Shown: positions 9,443-20,267, numbered from the stretch's first letter. The stretch: 64,000 nucleotides of DNA from an uncultured delta proteobacterium (GCA_963796685.1 CAWCMR010000008.1:320001-384000), one strand, 5' to 3'. Made by a program: numbers and translations. Notes: generated from the letters alone by a model not told the origin.

Positions 9443-9632
9443 TTATGTGGCATCCCTTCCGGCCACGAGCGACGGGAATGTCCTCGGCGCCATCGCGGCC
9501 TGCTGCCTAGGGGTTGGGCAGCTGTTCAAGCTGGCTACGCGCCTCCCCGACGAACGGCTGATACGCGATGGCGTGTTTGACCTCTTCACTCTTGACTGGT
9601 CGCAGTCACAGGAAACCCGGCATCCGGGCGAC
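9443..9632 (+). pseudogene. ThiF/E1-like protein internal fragment
   Basis: GNVLGAIAACCLGVGQLFK...VFDLFTLDW resembles the N-terminal pseudo-adenylation segment of bacterial E1-like ThiF proteins; no proper start. Confidence 0.45.
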
Positions 9633-9869
9633 CTTCACGGCTTGCGTGGAACCCACACCGACCTTGCACTCTTGGCGGCGGCGACGCCGCTCTCGGTGAG
9701 CAAGGCACTCGGGCACGAATCACTAACCACCACGTATCGACACTACGCCGACGAAGGAATCACCCAGAGACGAGAACACGAGAGGGCGGTTGAATTCCTC
9801 GCTCCGCAAAAACCACCAGAGATCGAGCCGGCGGCGCCCGCCGGCTCTGCCTCCCGTCTCCCGAACTAG
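9633..9869 (+). pseudogene. Tyrosine recombinase/integrase C-terminal fragment
   Basis: LHGLRGT...VSKALGHESLTTTYRHY holds HxLR, LGH and the catalytic Tyr; next to the tRNA 3' end. Confidence 0.8.
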
Positions 9870-9870
9870 C

Positions 9871-9904
9871 GGGTAACTGAAAAATAGTTACCCCGGAGTT
9901 ACCC
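9871..9904. other. Cluster of three AGTTACCC/GGGTAACT motifs (putative integrase arm-type sites)
   Basis: gggtaact 9871-9878, agttaccc 9886-9893 and agttaccc 9897-9904, between the integrase relic and the tRNA. Confidence 0.55.
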
Positions 9905-9953
9905 GCCCCAATTTAGGGGTGATTTTGGGAAGCAACGAGCCAGAGCCAAGAAG

Positions 9954-9980
9954 AAAAAGCCTTACAAAACAAGGGCTTTT
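9954..9980 (-). terminator. Rho-independent terminator-like hairpin after tRNA-Leu
   Basis: Minus strand reads aaaagccctt-gttttgt-aaggcttttt. Confidence 0.5.
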
Positions 9981-9983
9981 GAG

Positions 9984-10065
9984 TGCGGGAAGGGGGACTC
10001 GAACCCCCACTTCTTTCGAAACCAGATCCTAAGTCTGGCGCGTCTACCAGTTCCGCCATCCCCGC
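9984..10065 (-). tRNA. tRNA-Leu (anticodon TAG), CCA not encoded
   Basis: Minus strand GCGGGGATGGCGGAACTGGTAGACGCG-CCAGA CT TAG GA TCTGG-variable arm-GGGGGTTCGAGTCCCCC-TTCCCGCA; acceptor, D, anticodon and T arms all pair. Confidence 0.95.
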
Positions 10066-10212
10066 GTCATGGGTGTGCTCCAGCGGACCCGATAGTGCCA
10101 AGGTCCGCCGTGGCAAACAAGTCCGATTCCGCTCAGGCCATGTCTGACAAGTGCAGAACGCCCGTGCTGAACCGACTCGCCTCGACACACTCGGCGGTGC
10201 TAGAAAATCACC

Positions 10213-12882
10213 ATGCTCAGCACTGCACCCGTCACCTTCACACCCACCCAAGACACTGAGGCATTCGAGACCCTCGTTCATCTGGCGGGACGGCGAACGC
10301 TGCCCGTTTCCGCGGAGCTGCTGGCGGAGCACGCGATGGCCTTGCCGGGAGGTTGGGACTGGCCCGTCAGGCGGGCGGCGTTCGAGGCGATCTTGCGCCG
10401 GCTCGCCTCGGCGCGCGGGCAGGAGCTGACCGTCGTGAAGTCGCCCCGGGGCGGGCCATTCGGCGACTACACCCTGCGTAGCCGCCAGACCGCTGGCGAT
10501 CTTCGCTACGCCGTTCGCCTGTATGCCGTGGCCCCCCTGCAGGGAAGCTGCGACTGCCCGGACTTTCTGCGTGGCGCCCTTGGGCTGTGCAAGCACTTGC
10601 TGGCGGTCGTCGATCACCTCGCGGCAAAGCCGCGGCTCTGGCGAGAGGCCCAAGATGCCACAAACCACCCGGCTGCGCTGCTGCCGCGCCTGCGTTGGGA
10701 TGCGACGCTGGCTCCGGCTGGCGCCTTCGATCCGTTGCGTGCACTTTGCCTGCAGACCGTCGGCGCCTCGGCGCGCGCTCGACCGCCGGCCGGACTGCTG
10801 CGCCTCTTTCGGCCCACCAAATCCGGGCTCTTGCACCTCGATGAAACCCACGATGAAGATCCCGAAGCGCGCTTGCAGCTGGTCGCCGAGCTGCAAAGGT
10901 ACCAACGCCTTGCCGGATCCGGGGCGGATCCCGCGGTGGGGGCGGTCCTCGGCGACGAGCGCAATCGCCTGGAACGCATTCTGCGCCTGCTCGCGAATGC
11001 GCGAGGGCTGCGGGGAGCCAGCAGCCACGGCAAGCGCCGCCTCTATGACTATCAGAAGGCGGGCGTCGAGTGCTTCCTGACCCGGGGTCGGTTGGTGCTC
11101 GCCGATGACATGGGGCTGGGCAAGACCACGCAGGCCATCGTGGCCGCGGCGGCACTTCAGGAAGTCGGGTTGGTGCGCCGCGGACTGTTCATTGTTCCGG
11201 CGTCGCTGAAATCGCAGTGGCAGCGCGAGTGGCAGGCCGTGAGCTCGGCTCCGTTGGTGATCGTGGAAGGCGGCCCGGAGGCCCGACGCGAGGTCTACGC
11301 CAAGACACGCCGTGGATTTCTGGTGACCAACTACGAGCAGGTCGTGCGCGATCTCGACGCCATTGCGGCCTGGGGCGCCGATCTGGTCGTGCTCGACGAG
11401 GCCCAGCGGATCAAGAACTGGTCCACACGCACGGCGCTCACCATCAAGCACCTTCGTCCCGCCTATCGCCTGGTGCTGACCGGCACGCCGATGGAAAATC
11501 GCCTGGAAGAGCTGGCATCGATCGTCGAGTGGGTCGATGACCGCGCGCTCGAACCCAAATGGCGGCTTCTGCCCTTGCACTCCGCCTATGCCGATGGCTC
11601 GCGCGAGGTGACCGGTGCACGCAACCTGACGGCCTTGCGGGCCCGCCTCGCGCCGGTGCTGTTGCGCCGGCTGCGCTCCGAGGTGCTGGCCCAGCTCCCG
11701 CTCCGCCAGGACACCGTGGTGCCGGTGGCGCTGACGGAAGAGCAGCGAGCTGCCCATGACGATCTCAACCTTCCCATCGCGAAGCTTCTTGCCATGGGCA
11801 AGCGTCGGCCGCTCTCCCCACCCGAATTCCTGCGGCTCATGAGCCTGCTTACCACCCAGCGCGTGATCGCGAACGGGATGGCTCAGCTCAACTTCAAGGA
11901 GACGTGGCCGGACCTACGACTGCGCGTGCCCACGCCCAAGTTGCTCGAGTCGCTGGCCACGCCCAAGCTCAACGAGCTGCGCGAGCTGGTCGGCAGCCTG
12001 GTCGTCACCCAAAAACGCAAGGTCGTGGTCTTCAGCCAGTGGCGGCGCATGCTCGAGCTTGCGGCGTGGGCCGTTTCGGATCTGCTCGCGCCCGAGGGGC
12101 TACGCGCCATGTTCTTTACCGGCCAAGAGGGACTGCGGCGACGAACGCAAAACCTCGTCGATTTTCACGACGATCCCAAAGCCGCGATCCTGTTTCTCAG
12201 CGATGCGGGTGGCGTGGGGTTGAATCTGCAGAAGGCGGCCAACGCCTGCATCAACCTGGAGCTGCCCTGGAATCCCGCCGTGCTCGAGCAGCGCATCGGG
12301 CGCATCCACCGCCTGGGACAAAAGCGGCCGATTGATGTCTACAATCTGGTCAGCCAGCAATGCATCGAGGAACGCATCGCCGGCATCGTTTCGGACAAAC
12401 GAGCCCTCTTCAAGGGACTCTTCGAGGGCGGCAGCGACCAGATCGCCTTCGAGCGCTCCTCGTCGTTCATGACCCTGCTGGAGCGCCTGATCGAACCGCC
12501 CTCCGTCCCGGCGCCGGACGCCGTCGCGGAAACCGTGGACACCGCCGCGACCGACGAGAGCGAGGCTCCCGCCATCGAGGTGGAAGAGATGATCGATGCC
12601 GCAAACGCGGCGGGACAGGAAACTCCCGCGCTGCAGCCGGAGGGGTCGCTCCTGTCTTCCATTTCTTCTTCGCCCCCGATTGCCGGAGACGCCCCGGTTG
12701 CGCGCCTGTTCGAGGCGATCAGGGTCGAGCGCGGCAGCGACGGCAGCCTGCGCATCGAGGCGCCTCCAGCCGCCGCCGGTGCGCTCGCCGCGCTCTTCGA
12801 CGGCATGGCGCGATTGCTGACCGACGTCGCGGCGCCCCCTCCCGCAGCACCAGAGGCGCATCCTCCTTCGTTGCCATCGTAA
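10213..12882 (+). CDS. SNF2-family helicase with N-terminal SWIM zinc finger
   Basis: CDCPDF....GLCKH (SWIM); LADDMGLGKT, LDEAQRIKN, LTGTPMEN, GGVGLNLQ and WNPAVLEQRIGRIHRLGQ motifs. Confidence 0.93.
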   Translation: MLSTAPVTFTPTQDTEAFETLVHLAGRRTLPVSAELLAEHAMALPGGWDWPVRRAAFEAILRRLASARGQELTVVKSPRGGPFGDYTLRSRQTAGDLRYAVRLYAVAPLQGSCDCPDFLRGALGLCKHLLAVVDHLAAKPRLWREAQDATNHPAALLPRLRWDATLAPAGAFDPLRALCLQTVGASARARPPAGLLRLFRPTKSGLLHLDETHDEDPEARLQLVAELQRYQRLAGSGADPAVGAVLGDERNRLERILRLLANARGLRGASSHGKRRLYDYQKAGVECFLTRGRLVLADDMGLGKTTQAIVAAAALQEVGLVRRGLFIVPASLKSQWQREWQAVSSAPLVIVEGGPEARREVYAKTRRGFLVTNYEQVVRDLDAIAAWGADLVVLDEAQRIKNWSTRTALTIKHLRPAYRLVLTGTPMENRLEELASIVEWVDDRALEPKWRLLPLHSAYADGSREVTGARNLTALRARLAPVLLRRLRSEVLAQLPLRQDTVVPVALTEEQRAAHDDLNLPIAKLLAMGKRRPLSPPEFLRLMSLLTTQRVIANGMAQLNFKETWPDLRLRVPTPKLLESLATPKLNELRELVGSLVVTQKRKVVVFSQWRRMLELAAWAVSDLLAPEGLRAMFFTGQEGLRRRTQNLVDFHDDPKAAILFLSDAGGVGLNLQKAANACINLELPWNPAVLEQRIGRIHRLGQKRPIDVYNLVSQQCIEERIAGIVSDKRALFKGLFEGGSDQIAFERSSSFMTLLERLIEPPSVPAPDAVAETVDTAATDESEAPAIEVEEMIDAANAAGQETPALQPEGSLLSSISSSPPIAGDAPVARLFEAIRVERGSDGSLRIEAPPAAAGALAALFDGMARLLTDVAAPPPAAPEAHPPSLPS

Positions 12883-12883
12883 C

Positions 12884-13067
12884 AGTCAGGCGAGAACCGT
12901 GAGACCAAGCGCGCGAAAGTCGCGGTCGAAGGCCGGGCAGGCCATGTCACCCAGCCGTTGCCTACGATGACGAACGAGACCGCATCGCAGTAAGAGAGGC
13001 GGCGCCTGGGTGCCAGACGTCGAAAGACCTCCAGCGCGGCGGCGTGGTCGGTCGATATCCCTGGCAA
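12884..13067 (-). pseudogene. PIN-domain toxin C-terminal remnant, frameshifted
   Basis: RLSYCDAVSFVIV, then after a frameshift LGDMACPAFDRDFRALGLTVLA*, matching the VapC C-terminus (S..D..SF....FD.DF). Confidence 0.6.
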
Positions 13068-13256
13068 ACAGCTACGCTATCTCCTGGTGAAGCGAATCTT
13101 CAAAAAGCGCCGGCCGCGAAGAAGCATCGAACTGGCCACGTGCATACCCAGCTCACGGTCCGATAATCGCAATTGCCTCGTCGGAGAAGGTGAGCTGCTC
13201 GACGTGGTCTGCCATGACCAGGAAGGTGTTTTCGATTCGGACTCCCTGGGATCAGC

Positions 13257-15041
13257 TTACCGCGGTGGCGGGCCGTAGAGAGTCTTGCGTTTCTGGATAT
13301 AGCCGAAGGACGCGCCAATCGGCCACGTCCACTCTTGCAGCAGATTCCCGTTGGCGTCGACCTCGTCCAGCACACCCTGGGTCGAGTAGCCGATGACGGT
13401 GTTGCCGTTCTCCATGCGCTGCAGGTCGCCCATGATGTCGTTCTGTACGTCGGTCTTGTACGACCACACCTTCGAGACCTTCTTGGCGGTCAGGTCCAGC
13501 TTGATCTCCAAAGCGATCGAGCCCGAGCCGTCTCCATTCGACGAGCCGGTGCCGCCCATCGAGATCCGGCTGTTGTTGTTGAAAATCATCAGGTGATCGA
13601 CCCCGAGGACGTGGATACCGTGCTCGCTGCCCTGCCAGGTGTCTCCCGTGAAGGTGGCGTGAGCGCCGTTCAGGATCCACACCGTCGAGCCGTCGCTCCG
13701 CTTGACCTTGACGACAACCTGGTTGTCGAGGTCGGAGAAGACCAGGGTATCGTCGTCCTTCGAGTACTGGATGTTGTTCAGGTGACAGGCGCTGGCTCCG
13801 CCTTCGGCGGCGCCCGAATTGACGATGGTCTTCACGGTACCGCTCGGCGAGTACTCCTTGATGTCCTCGCAGTTCTTGCTCGTGTTGTAGGCATAGAAGG
13901 CCACGGTCTCGTCAGGAAGGACGGTCACTTGGTGATTCATCCCGTCGAACTCCTTGGACTTGTCCTGGACGGTAAGCCCGTCCATCGACACCCGTTGGAC
14001 GACCGTGGTCTGTTCCGGCACGTTGGAATTGTTGATCCATACCCACTGTCCGTCGTAGCTCATGACCAGGTTGTTCGCGTCCTTGGGGAACTTGTAGGCC
14101 CACACCATATCGCCGTCGGCGTCGACGATGTAGGCCGGGATGCCTCCGCTGCCACCCATGCTGACGAACTGACCGGTCAGCAGGAACCCGCCATAGAGCT
14201 TGCTCTTGTCCTTCGTCGTGACGGCGATCTTGGGCAGGCCGTTCATCAACGCGCCGGTCTGGATGGTGGCATCCGGTCCGACGCAGTCACCGTCGCTTCC
14301 GGTGGCGGTGATGCGGTAGTGGTAGGTCTTCGATTGCTTCATGCCGAGGAGCAGGCTCGTGTTGTTCCCGCTCGCAGGTTTGTCCACGGGCGCGGTCATG
14401 CCATAGCTTGTGTCCAGCCCGAAGTCGATCTTGGCCGACTTCAAACCGGAGATGGTCGACGACCACGTGACGATGCCCACGGTGGCGATGGCCGAGCTAG
14501 TCTTGGCCGATTGGGTGATGCAGTCTCCTGCGACGGTGGTGCCGGTACCGCCGGCACCACTGCCAGAGCCACCACTGCCTGCGACCCCGCCCTGCCCCGC
14601 GCTGCCGCCGTTGCCGGTCCTTCCCCCCGTGCCAGCCCCGCCGCCGTTTCCGGTCGTGCCCCCGCCAGCCCCGGCTCCACCTGAGCCGGTGCCGCCTGCG
14701 GCTCCACCTGAACCACCGGAACCCGCTCTGCCCCCCGAACCTTGCCGCCCGCCGGACCCCTGCTCCCCGCCCGTTGCATCGCTCCCCGAGCTGATGCCAC
14801 CGGAACCACCTCTGCCACCGCTGCCCTTCCCACCGGACCCCTGGGCGCCGGCCGAGCCCTGCCCGCCCCCGGATCCTTGTCCCCCGGCCGTTGCCCCTCC
14901 GCTGTTCTGAGCGCGGTTGCCGCTGGTCTCGGCACGGCAACCCGTGAGCATGGCGACGGCAAGGACCACGCAGAATAGCCGTGGCCACGTGAAGACTCGG
15001 TCACCAAGGATGCATGCTTCGTTCGCTTCGAGTGTTGACAT
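13257..15041 (-). CDS. Lipoprotein with Gly-rich linker and arylsulfotransferase(ASST)-like beta-propeller
   Basis: Lipobox MLTGC, long G/S/A linker, FN3-like LLGMKQSKTYHYRI, then HLNNIQY, EHGIH, IFNNN and GDLQRMENGNTVIGY, typical of ASST-like proteins. True start probably downstream of 15041. Confidence 0.7.
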   Translation of the reverse strand: MSTLEANEACILGDRVFTWPRLFCVVLAVAMLTGCRAETSGNRAQNSGGATAGGQGSGGGQGSAGAQGSGGKGSGGRGGSGGISSGSDATGGEQGSGGRQGSGGRAGSGGSGGAAGGTGSGGAGAGGGTTGNGGGAGTGGRTGNGGSAGQGGVAGSGGSGSGAGGTGTTVAGDCITQSAKTSSAIATVGIVTWSSTISGLKSAKIDFGLDTSYGMTAPVDKPASGNNTSLLLGMKQSKTYHYRITATGSDGDCVGPDATIQTGALMNGLPKIAVTTKDKSKLYGGFLLTGQFVSMGGSGGIPAYIVDADGDMVWAYKFPKDANNLVMSYDGQWVWINNSNVPEQTTVVQRVSMDGLTVQDKSKEFDGMNHQVTVLPDETVAFYAYNTSKNCEDIKEYSPSGTVKTIVNSGAAEGGASACHLNNIQYSKDDDTLVFSDLDNQVVVKVKRSDGSTVWILNGAHATFTGDTWQGSEHGIHVLGVDHLMIFNNNSRISMGGTGSSNGDGSGSIALEIKLDLTAKKVSKVWSYKTDVQNDIMGDLQRMENGNTVIGYSTQGVLDEVDANGNLLQEWTWPIGASFGYIQKRKTLYGPPPR

Positions 15042-15213
15042 TGCCTTGTCCGTTCTGCTTCAACTGGCCGCGGCAGTCGCCATGGCGAGGAGCTTGGTCC
15101 GAAGTTCCCTGAAATCCGGTGCAGAGTACGCAGAGTACAGTGATTTCGTGCGCCCTACAATGAGCGCACGTGGGCACAGTGAAGCAGTTGTTATTGTGGA
15201 CCTTTTTGTGCGG

Positions 15214-15285
15214 GCAGCGCATCGGCCGCATCCACCTCCTGGGGCAGAAGCTGCCAATTGATGTCTACAATCTGGTCAGCCAGCA
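15214..15285 (+). repeat. 72-bp diverged duplicate of helicase motif VI coding sequence (12288-12359)
   Basis: Aligns without gaps with 6 mismatches, 4 of them at synonymous third positions. Confidence 0.85.
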
Positions 15286-15291
15286 GATCGC

Positions 15292-15894
15292 CTACTTGGC
15301 GTCTTCCGGACGCGTCACGCTGCGGATCGTTGCCCGCACCACCGTCTCGAAGCCGAGCTTCATCGGGTTGTAGACGCGCATCTCGATCTGCACCGGACCC
15401 GATCCCTTGCAATAGGTCGTGCGTGTGACCCGGTCGGGCTGGCTGCGTACTTCCTCGACGACGGCACAGTCGTGGTAGCTACCCGACGGCAGCGTGACAT
15501 CTCGCCCGGCCTCGACCACGGTGGCATGGCCGCTCGATACCGGCCAGGTGGCGCCGACGAGCACGGGGAGCTTCACGAGATAGTCGCCAGGCTGCCCGCC
15601 CTGGTCGCGGGCGATCCCGTCGGGCTGGATGAGGTATTCGATGGTGGCGTCGCCGTTCTTGACCACGGCCACGTTTCCTCGCCGCTCGCTCACGGAGTAG
15701 AGCGCGAGAACCTTCCCGCCGTCGCTCTCGACGTCGTAGGCCCAGCCCCAGTTGGGCAGCAGCGGGTAGTAGTCGAGCGCGGGGTTGCCGGTCAGGCTAG
15801 CCGAGCTCGCCGTGTGCGAGGTCGCGCACCCGGGCGCGGCCATCGCCAGCAGCGCGAGAACGGTAGAGAGTCGTCGCGTGGAAAGGAGGCGCAT
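15292..15894 (-). CDS. Hypothetical lipoprotein
   Basis: Signal peptide with APGC lipobox; YYPL...W.Y and VTLPSGSYHDC motifs of a common beta-rich family. Confidence 0.7.
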   Translation of the reverse strand: MRLLSTRRLSTVLALLAMAAPGCATSHTASSASLTGNPALDYYPLLPNWGWAYDVESDGGKVLALYSVSERRGNVAVVKNGDATIEYLIQPDGIARDQGGQPGDYLVKLPVLVGATWPVSSGHATVVEAGRDVTLPSGSYHDCAVVEEVRSQPDRVTRTTYCKGSGPVQIEMRVYNPMKLGFETVVRATIRSVTRPEDAK

Positions 15895-16035
15895 CGCTTG
15901 AGTAGACCGCAGAAGCGCCGTCTTGGATAGTTACCAGGCCGTGGAATCCGTTCCGGGGCACGACCTTGGCGGGAGCTCTCTCAGAAAACTGAGGTGGCGG
16001 AGCGCTAACCACGCAGTTTCCAGGGTCGAAGCGAT

Positions 16036-16051
16036 TGGCGCGGGCCTTGCT
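16036..16051 (+). promoter_or_regulatory. Putative sigma-54 (-24/-12) promoter
   Basis: TGGCGC-GGGCC-TTGCT matches TGGCAC-N5-TTGCW spacing, 14 nt before the ATG at 16066. Confidence 0.45.
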
Positions 16052-16065
16052 ACAATTGGAAACGC

Positions 16066-17055
16066 ATGCGGTATGTCCTCAGATTCCTCGGTGCGGCCTC
16101 CTTGGCCGCGCTGCTGGCCACTTGGCCGGGGCAAGCCGCCGCGCAAGGCCCCGACTCGCCCGCGCTACGCCGGGCAGTTTCGGAATTCGCCCGCCTGCGG
16201 GCCGACCTGGACCGCATCAACGCCGAGGTCGCGCAGCTCAAGCGAGCCGATCCGACGGTTCGCAACGACTACCGACTACGCGAACGGATGGCCGACGCGG
16301 AAGCCTTGGCACTGAAGGTGACCCAAGCCGAGGCGAAGTTACGCGCTCAAGGCTGGGTGGGAGGCGCGGTCTCCGACCAGGCCGCACTCGTGGCCCCTCC
16401 GCAAGCGCTGCCCCAGGACGGCAGCGTCGAGCTGGAGGCCAAGGCAGGCCTCTTCGCGGACCAGGCCAGAAAGCTCGATCGGCAAGCGAGCCTCTTGGCC
16501 AAGGCGGCGGGCGAGCTGCGCATCCGAAGGACGCTGCGCCGACGGGCAGGCGCCTGGGATCGGGACCCTTTCTCCGGGCTCGAAACCTCGAAACGCAGCC
16601 TCGCGGTTTCGGCGCCGACGCAAAAGATAGGTACAGCGGGCCCAGGCACGGACTCGCCCCTGCGCGGCGGTAACGGCGCCAGCACCACGCAGACCGCCGC
16701 GGTGGGAGGCGGTGCGAGCACGACGGGAGGCGCCTCTGCCAGCTCTTCCACTCTGCCCCCGGTCTTAGGCCCGGCCGCGACGAGCGATAGCGCGACCAAG
16801 GAAGCCACCGTCGCTTCCGAAGCCGCCACGTCCGCGAAGACGTCTCCTTTGACCCAGAGCTTGGACCGCCCATCCTTCGAGCAGCACCTCTACCTGGATT
16901 CCGCCACCGTGGCGGAGCTGCGCCACACGCTCGGCGCACCAGGGGCTGCCTCGGATCCCGACGCGCTCGATCGCGCCGCCGCGACGTTGCACGCCCGCGC
17001 GCGCGCCTTGAACGCACAGGCGCAGGCCTTACTGGTCAGGAGCCGGGCACCGTGA
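16066..17055 (+). CDS. Secreted coiled-coil hypothetical protein
   Basis: Signal peptide ending AAA-Q, helical segments and a low-complexity linker. Confidence 0.7.
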   Translation: MRYVLRFLGAASLAALLATWPGQAAAQGPDSPALRRAVSEFARLRADLDRINAEVAQLKRADPTVRNDYRLRERMADAEALALKVTQAEAKLRAQGWVGGAVSDQAALVAPPQALPQDGSVELEAKAGLFADQARKLDRQASLLAKAAGELRIRRTLRRRAGAWDRDPFSGLETSKRSLAVSAPTQKIGTAGPGTDSPLRGGNGASTTQTAAVGGGASTTGGASASSSTLPPVLGPAATSDSATKEATVASEAATSAKTSPLTQSLDRPSFEQHLYLDSATVAELRHTLGAPGAASDPDALDRAAATLHARARALNAQAQALLVRSRAP

Positions 17056-17091
17056 CCACGATCGACAATTCCTCCGTCAAGATACGCGTTC

Positions 17092-18246
17092 GTGCCTGAG
17101 TTCAGGCTAGTATCGCGCGGGATGCGTCTGCGCATCGTCGCCATATTCGGATTCTACTTGTGTAGCCTTGGCTCGCGAGCTCGTGCCGATCAGGTCCGCT
17201 ACGACTGGCGTATCGAAGACGGCCTCGAATACGACACCAACCCGTCTCGTGCCGAGAGCATCGCAGGGGGCGACTTGCAGCCGGCCTCGCCAGCCTCGCT
17301 TCTGACGCGACTCGTGGCCTCGGGGAGCCTCTCGACCCCGCTCGGCGAAAGAAACGTTCTGGCCGCCTCGGGCGCTCTCGGTGGCAAGTGGTTCATCGAT
17401 GGCGCCGCGCGGGCCGACAACGTGTCGGTTGTGCAAGGCACGGCCACCGACAGCTTGCGGCTCGGCCAGCGCACACAGGTGGACTTGACCGGCGCCTACT
17501 ACGATGTCTACCAACGGCGATCGTTCGACTTGCCCGATTTCCGCTCGACCGCGCCCTCGCTGCGACTGGACCAGGGTCTTGGCAAGTCCATTCTCGCCTC
17601 GCTCGGCGCGGGCTACCGCTGGTTCACCTTCAAACCCGACGGCGACTACACCTTTGCGGCCCCCACCGCGTTCGTCGCGATTCGACAGACGCTACCCGGC
17701 GACCTTCTCTCCGGTGGTGCGGACTGGGAATGGAGCGCGGGCGGGAGTGTGGAAGAGCGCAACTTCGACGGACCCGCTTGTACGGCCACCGGCTGCGGCG
17801 ACCAAGCAGGCGTTTCGCGCCACCGCGATCGATTCTGGATTGGGCACGCCGAATTCAGCCGCACGGGAAGTTGGCTGTTCGGCTTGGGAGCGGCGATGCA
17901 CATCAACCAGTCGAACAGCTACGGCGAAGCCCTCCTGCGCGGGCTCTTCCACGCGCGCGCCGTGATTCCCCTGCCGTGGGGCTTGTCGCTGTCTGCCCGC
18001 GGCGAGGTGGTGGCCACCCGCTACGCCGATCCCCTGACCTTCGTACAGCCCGTGGTGGGACTGCCCAGCACCAGCATCGAGGACGAGGCCCGCAGCACCT
18101 TCCGCGTCGATCTGGCGCGTCTTGTCGAGGGGCGACTCGAGCTCGGCGCACGCTATGTCTACTACACCAGCGCGCCGACCTCGGGCGCACTGGGATACCG
18201 CCGCCAGACTGTGCTTCTTTACCTCGCATTTCTCGACGAAAGTTAG
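17092..18246 (+). CDS. Putative outer-membrane beta-barrel protein
   Basis: Signal peptide (ARA-D), GLEYDTN motif near the N-terminus and alternating aromatic beta-strands. Confidence 0.65.
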   Translation: MPEFRLVSRGMRLRIVAIFGFYLCSLGSRARADQVRYDWRIEDGLEYDTNPSRAESIAGGDLQPASPASLLTRLVASGSLSTPLGERNVLAASGALGGKWFIDGAARADNVSVVQGTATDSLRLGQRTQVDLTGAYYDVYQRRSFDLPDFRSTAPSLRLDQGLGKSILASLGAGYRWFTFKPDGDYTFAAPTAFVAIRQTLPGDLLSGGADWEWSAGGSVEERNFDGPACTATGCGDQAGVSRHRDRFWIGHAEFSRTGSWLFGLGAAMHINQSNSYGEALLRGLFHARAVIPLPWGLSLSARGEVVATRYADPLTFVQPVVGLPSTSIEDEARSTFRVDLARLVEGRLELGARYVYYTSAPTSGALGYRRQTVLLYLAFLDES

Positions 18247-18358
18247 GTTTCTTCGCAGGCCAAGTTTTCGACCTTCGTCGTTGACTTCCCGGGTTCGGAG
18301 GCAAAGAATGACTGCCCGAGTTGAGGTACGAACGCATGATCGCAACTCGGGTACTTGA

Positions 18359-20074
<1,716 letters not shown>

Positions 20075-20267
20075 CCAGACAGCTCGGGCCAGGAGCCAGG
20101 CTCAGATGTCACGAATTCCGTGCTTCCACAGGCGATTTGCGTCTTTTTCTCTTGACCCTAGCAATCTGCGTACCACAGGAGGCTTTTGCTTTTCCCAATC
20201 GGTGCACGGTGCTATCAAATAGTAGGGAAATCAGCCGATGGTTTGATAGTCCGAGTCCGGTGACGCG

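Larger units (their letters stand above)
1163..9983. mobile_element. Degraded genomic/defence island integrated at the tRNA-Leu 3' end (left boundary uncertain, may extend beyond window)
   Basis: Integrase relic beside the tRNA, several TA/defence genes, many fused fragments, AT-richer segments and repeated att-like motifs. Confidence 0.65.

Noticed and set aside
12288-15285. DGR template/variable repeat pair
   Set aside because: Mismatches are not confined to adenines, mostly fall at synonymous positions, and no DGR RT or Avd is adjacent.
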